A DNA stretch of 63,700 nucleotides, counting the filler, from Octopus bimaculoides (taxonomy: Eukaryota): NCBI RefSeq assembly GCF_001194135.2. It is 7 parts of 5 records of this genome, joined end to end, with 100 filler letters (N's around TTAATTAATTAA, not from the genome) between each part and the next. Parts side by side here need not be neighbours in the genome. Positions count along the whole stretch, not along the records: positions 30,605 to 37,240 come from NC_068987.1; positions 37,341 to 41,224 come from NC_069003.1; positions 41,325 to 51,649 come from NC_068986.1; 4 more parts are not named here. The stretch is one strand, 5' to 3'. The notes beneath the pieces are model-generated. The model had not been told where the DNA came from, searched no databases, and saw nothing but the letters and a program-made list of their open reading frames with translations. The position numbers and the translations under genes are program-made. Shown here one piece after another: positions 36,963 to 47,474 of the stretch (within the stretch, counting starts at the first letter, position 1; the number at the start of each line of letters is the position of its first letter).

Positions 36963-37869
36963 GCACATGGACATAAACAAACTTGCACACACATGCAGAC
37001 ACACATAACTGAGAGTGAGATCAAGAGAGAAATTTGTGTCCATTTATGCGTATATGTGTATGTATATATATATAGACATACTATATGTATATTTTTATAT
37101 GAATGGCATATATGTGTGTGTGTGTGTGTATGTGCGCGTATGCATGTGTGTGTATGTGTGCACATGTGTGTGCGGGTGGGAGTGTGGGTGGGTAAGTATA
37201 ATTTATTGAATATAAATATACATACATGATCAGTACATTTNNNNNNNNNNNNNNNNNNNNNNNNNNNNNNNNNNNNNNNNNNNNTTAATTAATTAANNNN
37301 NNNNNNNNNNNNNNNNNNNNNNNNNNNNNNNNNNNNNNNNATATATATATAATTACTCATACAATATAAGTGCATTAAATGTGTGTATACACACATACAC
37401 GCGCACACGAACACACACGTATATATATGTATATATGTGTGTGTGTGTGTGTGTGTATGTGTGAAAGTGTGTATGTGTGGGTGTATATATACACACACAC
37501 ACAAAGGCATACACACGTGAAAACTAGAACACTTGCTACGGATGTTTTATTTATAGTAAAACACATATCTAAAATGAACTGACAAACAGTGCACTGTAGT
37601 ATTAAACTATGAAAGTAACCTTGGAGATCATAGTTTATCTGTTATAACATCATTCTGTTATAACATCATTCTGTTATAACGTCATTCTCTTCATGTTTAC
37701 TACGTATCACGAGAAATGCGGCAATGAAATCGCCACCACTCAGCATTCCGTTCAGAAGGTGACACCAAACATGCTTAGAAACGTCTAATGGACTTAGGAG
37801 TGTCATTCTTTCAGACGAAACGTAAAGAATAAATATATATATCATTGATGAAAAACATGTGTGTGTGTA

Positions 37870-37909
<40 letters not shown>

Positions 37910-38264
37910 GTGTTGTGTTTGTATTACTGTGTTGTCTGTGCGTGTGTGTGTGTGTGTGTGTAGTTCAATTTTTGAGATAGAGGTACAAGAATGTCCAATA
38001 GATGGACTTTATGGAAATATTATGAAGCACCATATAATTTCCCAGTCATTGGAAAAAGCCCTTCAAGATAAGGAAAACGAACAAATAAAACATAAGATAA
38101 ACCCTGTGGATCTGCCAAGATGAAGTCGTGCCTTTGGAGATACCCCTTAATCACGTCCAGCCGTATGGTACGGAGCCTATCGCGGGGCCTCTTCCAGCTC
38201 GCAGCTGCTGCGTCGAACGAGAGTTCGGCCTATCGTAGAAATCTGGGGACAATCACAAGGCTTT

Positions 38265-38375
38265 GATCGGCTCAAGGGCTATAGCAGGAGACACTTGCCC
38301 TAGGTGCCCCGTAGTGGGACTGAATCCGGGACTATGTGGTTGCGAAGTAAGCTTCTGACCAGGCAGCTACACCTT
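38265..38375 (-). mobile_element. SINE family C 5' fragment
   Basis: gacacttgccctaggtgccccgtagtgggactgaatccggg. Confidence 0.75.
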
Positions 38376-38471
38376 ATGGGTAGAAAGTGTGTGTGTGTGT
38401 GTGTGTGTTTATGTGTGTGTGGGACAAAGAGAAAGTGGGGAGATGATAGAGAGAGGTGTAAGAGAAAGAGT

Positions 38472-38516
<45 letters not shown>

Positions 38517-38819
38517 TTATAGTTTTGGCAAACGATACTAAAGTACTCAACACCGTGTAGCAAAATATTTAATTTAAGCTGAACCTGTGACCCATTATTC
38601 TGAAATTTCCTCGGCGTGTAGCCGATTCGCCAGACAGGAATAGACTGGATAGAGGGCAAGACACGCCATAATTATAAAGAGGAGACCGGAATACATAAAT
38701 ATTTGAATTAACAAGCCAGCTTTTACGTAAATATATTATACCTCTATCAGGTATGTAGTGGCGGCGATGGTTTCGGAATGTTGCTAGTATTTCCTAGATT
38801 TTCTTTATCAGCTTTTCAA

Positions 38820-39180
38820 TCCATTGTGCTTCCACCTTAATATGACGAGGCTGTAGCTTTATAACTTAAGTGGGTAATGTGTTTATATCTATTATATTAC
38901 TCCAAGCATTGATTTCAATTTTTAATATAAATCGTCTGCACTACAAGTTCTTCTTCATTTATGTGTTATGTCTTATCAGCTTTATCTACCGCTAAGTATT
39001 TTTATGGGTAGTTTTAGTCTAATTTTCTGATTTTTGGTGTTTTTATCTAATTTAATGTTGTCGCTTTTTACATCATTTCTCTCTTCTTTATAGCAGCTTC
39101 TGTACATTTGTCTAATCTCCTACTCATTTTTATGCGTTGGTTGAATTTCTGAATAATTTTTAGTAGTTGCTATTATATTT
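38820..39180 (-). pseudogene. Highly degenerate PLE pre-RT fragment
   Basis: LAVDKADKT resembles the PADKT motif of Neptune-type PLEs. Many stops. Confidence 0.45.
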
Positions 39181-39504
39181 CACTTGTTTCAGTGTTTGAA
39201 CCGCGGCCATGCTGGGACACCCCTAAATCCACCACCCCCGCAATACTCATTCTCTCGATTTCTTTTGCCGAACCGCTACGTTACGGTAACGTAAACAAAG
39301 CAACACTCGTTGTCGAACGGTGATATATATATATATATATATATAAGCAATGTTAATTCTCTAAATGAAGTATTATAACTTCCCTTGGCAAACAGGACAC
39401 AGTCGTGTGTCGATAAGCCAGCTGGAGGAGATGTCCTCCTGGGGCTAAAAGCAACAGTAACATCCACCCCTAGGGGTCAGCCACACTTAAGTGGCAATAT
39501 ACTA

Positions 39505-39550
<46 letters not shown>

Positions 39551-39699
39551 GTATGTGTGTTTTTTCAATCTTTACAGATAACATGGAAAAAAATAAGTAA
39601 ATAGTTACCAGGGTAGCAAAAAGTCACACAAGTACCAAGGATGTAACAGCCTACTTATAGAGGTAGAAATTCCAGGTTTAGGTGAAATGTATTGGTATA

Positions 39700-40034
39700 T
39701 CATAGATAAATAAATAAATGGAGTTAAACGCAGGTGTTATTCAAATCTTTTTACTTCCGACATGTGTCTCCTTGGACCCTGCAACTGATAAGCATCCTGT
39801 TTATTGAGATTGTTATGGTCTCGGTCACTCATACATCAAGGAGTCCGGATAACTGGCCTTATGAGTCCTAGGGCTAAACACAATATATTAGATCGACTCT
39901 CCTAGATTTTGCTCTTTTACAGCAATGCTTAGTGGAATCCTTTCTGTTCCTCGAGTAATGTGCAATTGTTTTTTACTTGAATAACCAGCCTGTTGTTAGA
40001 ATAGTAAAGGTTTTATGTTGTTGACAAGTAAGTT

Positions 40035-40075
<41 letters not shown>

Positions 40076-40500
40076 GTCTCCGGTGTATTTGCTTGGGGGA
40101 ATGTATATCGTTTCCTCCCTCGCCAATCAAATATTGATTCTGGTGCCCTATGGATGCTGGTTTAGTGTTTCAGCTACAATCTGAAACCTTGTCAATCCCG
40201 AGGGCTTTCCCATTGCTTTCGGTTTTTAGTGTTGGTCGGTTGCTTGCCAGCTTATAAAGGGCGATACTCGTGCTGCCATGCTTTATCTCCCTTTCCTTCG
40301 TATCCATTGTGGTTTCTTTTTATTAAGCTGAATATATTTTCTTCAATCTTCCCTTCCATTATATTTGAATTTCCGTCGGTGTCGGTAAATTTTCCATTGT
40401 TACGTTTACTTTGGTAATATTCTTCGGATTACATTTTTTTGTATTCATTTTAAATATATTGTTCTCCCGGATGAAGCGACTACGTTTTACGTATCGTTAT
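39700..40500 (-). pseudogene. Degenerate R4/Dong-like RT N-terminal fragment
   Basis: Frameshifted remnants of WKAPG.DK-like and LLEEQKGF motifs. Confidence 0.55.
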
Positions 40501-40509
40501 TTCTTACAT

Positions 40510-40985
40510 GCTTTTAATAATCCTTTCTACTATAAGCACAAGGCCTGAAATATGGCGGAGGGGGATAGTCGATTACTTCGACCATAGTACTCAACTGGTA
40601 CTTATTTCATCGACCCCGAAAGGATGAAAGGCAAAGTTGACCCCGGCGGTATTTGAACTCAGAACGTAAAGACGAGCAAAAATGTAGCTAAGTATTTCGC
40701 CCGGCGTGCTAACAATTATTTTCTACACTAGGCACAAGGCCCGAAATTTTGGAGAAGCGGGGGCCAGTCGATTAGATCGACTCCAGTACGCAGCTGGTAC
40801 TTAATTGAGCGATCCCGAAAGGATGAAAGCAAAGTCGACCCAGGCGGAATTTGAACTTACGTCTCAGTAACTTAGCGGAATAAGTACCAGGTATTAAAAA
40901 AAACTTCTAGGGTCGATTTGTTTGACTAAAAAGATTCTTCAAGGCAGTCTCATAACGGAAAGAAGTAGAAGATAAAAGATAAAAG
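40510..40985. mobile_element. Two minus-strand family B SINEs (about 40510-40700 and 40720-40860) followed by a plus-strand family C tail
   Basis: Repeated cccgaaaggatgaaag(g)caaagt(t/c)gaccc. Tail aataagtaccagg...gtcgatttgtttgactaaa. Confidence 0.8.
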
Positions 40986-41181
40986 AGTGTTGATAACGCT
41001 AATTATTTTCAAACCCCGTTGGTTTTTAAAAGGTGTGTATGTGTGTATGTGTATGTGTGTACGTGTATGTGTGTATGTGTGTATGTGTGTTTCTCTTAAA
41101 TGTATGCGTTCAATAGATGGGAGTTAATTTAGGTTTATATATATATATATGTTCCAGCCTTAGGGCTGTGGCCATGCTGTG

Positions 41182-41224
<43 letters not shown>

Positions 41225-41324
41225 NNNNNNNNNNNNNNNNNNNNNNNNNNNNNNNNNNNNNNNNNNNNTTAATTAATTAANNNNNNNNNNNNNNNNNNNN
41301 NNNNNNNNNNNNNNNNNNNNNNNN

Positions 41325-41408
<84 letters not shown>

Positions 41409-41929
41409 CTGAGTAAGAGAGAGAGAGGGTGAGATAGATAGATTGAGATTGTTGCCGGGGCCTTAAAAATTTGCTAACTTTCGAGAAAACATGGGTCTGG
41501 ACGCACAGAATGACACAGAACTTACGGAAGGGAATTGATGTGTTGTCTTCAGTGGATTAAGCTATTTCACACGTGTTGTATAGTAACCTGAGAAGAGGTA
41601 GCTGTTCATAGTACCGGGCTTGACCATTTGTCATTCAGTCTCGGATTTACAATTGTTATAAATTATTTCTTCTTTTGTATTTCTTACATCGTCATTTCCT
41701 CCTATTATTTTGAAAAAGCAGATATTTTGAATTTGCTACTTGTGCAAATGTCTAGAATTTCATTACATGGATCATTGCTGAGAGATGGAACTTTGAATTG
41801 TTGCTTATGTACGCTCGCAGCAGTACCTGTATTTCAAAACGTCTACCTTGTCACATTCTATGTCACTCTGAAATCTCCCTCAAAACTACGTTAAGAATAC
41901 GTGTGTCTGTGGACAGATCAACCACTTGC

Positions 41930-42130
41930 ACATTACCAAAGTCATTCCATTAATGTTATCCTGTTTGGCCGATATACTTCTCAATGCACTGTGAGCATGT
42001 GACGCAGCAAATGAGATTTTTTTGCCTTTCCACACTGCAAGTTTTGCCTTTCCACGCATCAAATTTATTTTAATTGCTATTTTCAGTTCATTCACACATA
42101 CCACGACAAACGTCTCCAAATGTTTTGTAA
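41930..42130 (-). pseudogene. PLE GIY-YIG endonuclease remnant
   Basis: A minus frame gives KTCSVERQKNLICCVTCSQCIEKYIGQTG, matching TC.S.NLIY...C..C...YIGQT. The 83-aa ORF called in the track is a different frame. Confidence 0.75.
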
Positions 42131-43820
42131 CCTGCATTATTTCTTCATCTAATGTGAATTTCGCTTTGTTAGAAGTTATTTAAGATGCGGTAATTTTATA
42201 TCGGGCAGCCAACGATTAAGAATTTATTGACCATAAGTTTGAAACCATTATGCATACTAACCTCTTGATTTATCAGAAATGACATTAAGTTCCTAAACCA
42301 CTTACGAAGTGGAGTAAATATATATTACATACTTGGATATATAGCTAGCATGTGTGAGTGTGTGTGTGTTTCGGCCCAGCATGATCTTTCATTCTTAACA
42401 CCTTATTTTCCTGCCTCCTGACTGTCATCTAAGTTTGTATCTTAAGGCTTCCACTTTACACGTCATCTCAGTTTAACTTGTTCATATTAGTCGGAAGACA
42501 CCTGTTGTTTTTCTCATTGTTTGTATTTGTAATTGTGTAACATTTTCTCCGTTTTCTCGTTGTTTTGTCCGTGTTGTCGCACATATGCGCTTGCTTTCTT
42601 TTAAAAGTTTAATGTCCTTAGCTTAGATGTTTGGGGCCTACCAATTTTGAACGGTTTTAAGTGTAACAGGCCCAAGCTGTAGTGATGATTGGAAGCTTGA
42701 CTGATGAAAGAAAGCTATGAATGTTCCGTCTTGGTTTTCCATGTCCGTCTTTGTATCCTCTATCTGTCCGTATGTTTTTATCGTGGTCCGTTACGTTCTT
42801 ATACCGTTTTCGGGATATATATANNNNNNNNNNNNNNNNNNNNNNNNNNNNNNNNNNNNNNNNNNNNNNNNNNNNNNNNNNNNNNNNNNNNNNNNNNNNN
42901 NNNNNNNNNNNNNNNNNNNNNNNNNNNNNNNNNNNNNNNNNNNNNNNNNNNNNNNNNNNNNNNNNNNNNNNNNNNNNNNNNNNNNNNNNNNNNNNNNNNN
43001 NNNNNNNNNNNNNNNNNNNNNNNNNNNNNNNNNNNNNNNNNNNNNNNNNNNNNNNNNNNNNNNNNNNNNNNNNNNNNNNNNNNNNNNNNNNNNNNNNNNN
43101 NNNNNNNNNNNNNNNNNNNNNNNNNNNNNNNNNNNNNNNNNNNNNNNNNNNNNNNNNNNNNNNNNNNNNNNNNNNNNNNNNNNNNNNNNNNNNNNNNNNN
43201 NNNNNNNNNNNNNNNNNNNNNNNNNNNNNNNNNNNNNNNNNNNNNNNNNNNNNNNNNNNNNNNNNNNNNNNNNNNNNNNNNNNNNNNNNNNNNNNNNNNN
43301 NNNNNNNNNNNNNNNNNNNNNNNNNNNNNNNNNNNNNNNNNNNNNNNNNNNNNNNNNNNNNNNNNNNNNNNNNNNNNNNNNNNNNNNNNNNNNNNNNNNN
43401 NNNNNNNNNNNNNNNNNNNNNNNNNNNNNNNNNNNNNNNNNNNNNNNNNNNNNNNNNNNNNNNNNNNNNNNNNNNNNNNNNNNNNNNNNNNNNNNNNNNN
43501 NNNNNNNNNNNNNNNNNNNNNNNNNNNNNNNNNNNNNNNNNNNNNNNNNNNNNNNNNNNNNNNNNNNNNNNNNNNNNNNNNNNNNNNNNNNNNNNNNNNN
43601 NNNNNNNNNNNNNNNNNNNNNNNNNNNNNNNNNNNNNNNNNNNNNNNNNNNNNNNNNNNNNNNNNNNNNNNNNNNNNNNNNNNNNNNNNNNNNNNNNNNN
43701 NNNNNNNNNNNNNNNNNNNNNNNNNNNNNNNNNNNNNNNNNNNNNNNNNNNNNNNNNNNNNNNNNNNNNNNNNNNNNNNNNNNNNNNNNNNNNNNNNNNN
43801 NNNNNNNNNNNNNNNNNNNA

Positions 43821-43967
43821 CACGTGACCAAGGCTGTATGAAGAGAAAGAGTAGCAGAGGGAAAAGGAGGGGAGGAAGTAGAATAAAAGTGAGCAACGAG
43901 AGGTAGAGAGAGAGAGAGAGAGATAGTAGTAGTAACGGTGAGAGGCGAAAGACGAGTAACAAGAGAT

Positions 43968-44014
<47 letters not shown>

Positions 44015-44455
44015 GAGAGAGAAGTAGTGACAGGTAGAGGCGAAGAACAGTAGACGGAAGAATGAGAGGGGGAGATAGAAATAGAGAGAGTCGCGTTTGA
44101 AAAATAGTTAAAAACTTACTGTATAGAGGTAACGCGTGCGTTCTGTCGTGATACAAACAATATATGAGTATATGCATATATATGTACATGTATGTATATA
44201 CGTTCATCCACATGTACATATAGATACATAACTGGGTACATGACATGGCAAAAGAACAAGGACAAAAATGGTAAACAAGGTGCAACAAACAAGCAGGCCA
44301 CATAGAAACATCCCCTTCATCAGCTGCCACCATTAAAACTCCGGCGTTTCGAAGAATTAAGGCAGTACGCATCGTTAAAATGGTTCTTCCCACGAACACA
44401 AATTAAATTGTTTTCGTGGAAGGTAGTGGCGGACGGAAAACAAGACAGGAAAACG
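43821..44455 (-). repeat. Second copy of the hammerhead-bearing non-coding repeat
   Basis: Reverse-complement homology to 143-180 and 330-620. Confidence 0.8.
44311..44374 (-). ncRNA. Candidate non-circularly permuted hammerhead ribozyme, copy 2 (core and all helices intact)
   Basis: Minus strand: cgatGCG-TA-CTGCC ttaat TCTTC-GAAA-CGC cggagttttaatggt GGCAG-CTGATGA-A-GGGGA. Confidence 0.7.
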
Positions 44456-44491
44456 NNNNNNNNNNGAAGAAGTACGTCCGAGCTTGGTGAT

Positions 44492-44528
<37 letters not shown>

Positions 44529-45079
44529 TTGTCAGTTTTATAATTCATTTGGAACAATAGAGCTCTTCAATTCATATCTGATGAATCTAAACTTTGCTGT
44601 CTCATATCGATTATATTTGGCGTCTGTGTTTCTTATATAGTATCTAGAATTCGTGCAGACTTTCCCACAAGAAGTATTTTGACGTTTAGCTTCATGAAGT
44701 AGTAGTCACGTGCTCATTTGTGTCTCGCAGCCAAAAATTTACAGATTTGTTTTTTCATACCAGCAGCCGCATGTTAAATGTTTGTTGCATATGTTTGCGT
44801 GTTAGTTTGTGATCGTACTGCGAGACGAAAGTGGTTTCCATAATTAATTTCTTTATAAGAATGTAAGAACTATCCTCTATTAGTAAATTCTGTAATTTTG
44901 TTTTGTGTTGTAAGGTGTGTGTGTGTGTCTGGTATAATGTGCATTAGATCCATCTTGCAAGTGTGTGCTGGGTCTACTGGAGATTGTAATATTGCGCTGT
45001 CTTGATGTTACAACTTAGAGTTTTATTTTCAAATCTATAGATCGTACCGGCTATCAAATGTTTGTTTTCGGTCTAAGTC

Positions 45080-45156
<77 letters not shown>

Positions 45157-45169
45157 GTATATATATATG

Positions 45170-47050
45170 CGGAGGGTATGTTCAGATATATACATATATT
45201 TCTACTACAATTGAAGGATGGCGAGATAATACCGGATATGCAAATAACACATACAACAGTAGTAGTAGGATTAATATTAATGGTAGGAATATCGATAATA
45301 TTAATGGTAGGAATATCAATAATATTAATAGTTGTAATTCTCCTAGTTGCAATTGTAGGGTTAAATCCCACTGTCCGTTATTAGGCTGATGTCTAACCCA
45401 AAACGTAATCTATAAGTGTACTATCACAACTGTAGCTGGCAACTTTGTATATAAAACATGAAAAACACATTAATAACCAATTTTCATCTTTTACGCTCAA
45501 GCATAAGGCTAATTGTGCGTCCTTATCTAGCAATATTTGGGAACTGAAGGAAAGCGGAATCGAATTTAGCCTTAAATTGGATATTATAAGGAAAGCGCAG
45601 CCTTCTAGAGATAGTTGATACGGGTGCGAGCTGTGCTATATGGAGACATGTAATTTTAAAGTATAGGGACAAGAGCATTCTAGTTAATAATAGATTAGAC
45701 CTAAGGGTATCATGCGTACATAGTGTCACCAGTACATTTGAATGTTTTCGAAGTTAGCGTTTATAGGTGCTGCACTTGAACCTGAACGGGAGAAATTAAT
45801 TTTAGTGTGGTATATGATGTGAATTTACCCCCTAGTATTATATATAATAAGTGATATATATATTTTTTCTTACTATTCTCTATAATTTCTTATTATTGCG
45901 TTTTCTTATTTTGATATCTTTACCTATTAACCTCTTATCGCTTATAAGTTAGTAATGTTCTTAAAGACAAATATAAACTTTCCAGTTACTTAAGTCTAGA
46001 AGAGTTGATTATAACATACTCATAATAAAGTACAAATATTTGTGTATATTTGCATGTGTGCACATAGTTAAATATGTGTATGTATATGTGCACAACTTAT
46101 TTCTCCGATTTTTTTCTGATTCTTAGCTTATAACTAATATACAGATAGCATTATTTATCGCCCCTGTATTCCATAAGTAAATACCCATAGCAATCTTTAT
46201 AGAAACCACCTTATGAGTAAATAATTAAGTGCAGGTATGAATATTAAACTAATTCAATGTAATCTTCTATTTCTAATGTTGAAAATTGGTATATATACAC
46301 AGTTTATCTATTCTGGTTATAACATCACTTTTAGTAGTCTTAAATTTTATTTTCTTACAACATAACAATATTGTTTATATACGATCTTCCATTGTACACC
46401 GTGATAATTTCCTCTGTATTAACATCATAAGTTCTATTAGCGTCTTGCCCCTTTAACTGGTAATTAACAACATAATTTAGGGCCTCCCCCTACCCAGCCT
46501 CCTTTATAGACAATTACTTATACATTTTCTAAAATCCTGACAATATTTATGAACATACCCGACTATAAACTGTCAACGCACTCTGTCTATCCATTCTAAA
46601 CAGACACTGTCCTCTAGGCTTAGATCTAGTATTTGATAAAAAAGACTAATAAATTAAAAGTAAACCACAATCATTTACAAGCTATGACCCTAACAAACTT
46701 CCTAGTTCTTAGAAGTGTAGTATAATCTCAGTCACATTAGTAGCAACATGGATTTCTCTCACTTCTTGCTCTATTAAAGATTTTGAGCAAAATTATATTA
46801 ATGTGTTCAACTGATTAAAAAATTCTATTTATTTATGCAGCTGAGGATAGCCCTGCATTTAAATTGATGTAATGATTGCATTGTTCAATTAAATGGAGTC
46901 GCTTGAAACGGTCGTACTGCATCACCTCTTGATATCCTGTTGCTTATTTTAATTTTATTCACCTTTGAGTTGTACGGATAATACCGCACTGACTTGGTGC
47001 TTCAACTTAAGTACCTAATTCAACTGAATCCCAATTATTTCTTGATATAT
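45170..47050 (+). mobile_element. 3' part of a Neptune-type PLE: Cys linker, GIY-YIG, long 3' region and terminal hammerhead
   Basis: SCNCRVKSHCPLLG*CLTQNVIYKC...SLSSNIWELKESGIEFSLKLDIIRKAQP...CELCYME. Collinear homology to 4200-6600 (minus). Confidence 0.9.
46835..46922 (+). ncRNA. Type I hammerhead ribozyme with long helix II and diminished, self-complementary helix III
   Basis: ATGCAG-CTGAGGA-[T-AGC...GCT-T, extended by CTGCATTT/AAATGGAG and AATTGA/TCAATT]-GAAA-CGGTCG-TA-CTGCAT. Confidence 0.85.
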
Positions 47051-47415
47051 ATATATTGCCCCTTGTGGGCAATAAAGAAATAAGAAAAAAATATCTCCCA
47101 TTGGTTTGTTGAAAATAATCGATGAATAAAACCTTTAATTGCAGAAAACTAAAAAGCTCAACTTTGTCAAGAGAATAATCAGAATTCTAAAGTCAACAGA
47201 GAATCTATCATGAAACCAAGAATTAAATGCAAACGATGACTTAGAGAAACCCTAATGCAATGATAGCTTGAAAAAGAGAAGCAAATACATGACTATGTCA
47301 ATAGGAACCAATTAGGAGATTTTTCACATTTATTCGAAAGGTCTTGATACACACATGGTCCCAATTTAATCAACTAATGTAAATCACACTCAAAAAAAAA
47401 AAAAAAATACATACT

Positions 47416-47474
47416 CACTGGTGACAGAAAGTGGTTGGACATATCGTTAGTCCAACCACTTTCTGTTACCAGTG
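47416..47474 (+). other. 25-bp hairpin with 9-nt loop (pre-miRNA-sized)
   Basis: cactggtgacagaaagtggttggac / gtccaaccactttctgttaccagtg: 24 Watson-Crick pairs plus 1 G.U. Confidence 0.6.

Noticed and set aside
37636-37690. Three to four copies of a 16-bp unit (ttctgttataacatca); also a 16-bp doublet at 62488-62524
   Set aside because: Simple slippage tandem repeats with no spacers, so not CRISPR-like and not otherwise informative.
41886-42137. 83-aa protein-like ORF with a plausible splice acceptor
   Set aside because: An overlapping frame carries a clear GIY-YIG signature, so the segment is a PLE remnant.
45384-45410. ctgatg...cccaaaacgt resembling a minimal hammerhead
   Set aside because: It is the coding sequence G*CLTQNV of the PLE Cys linker.
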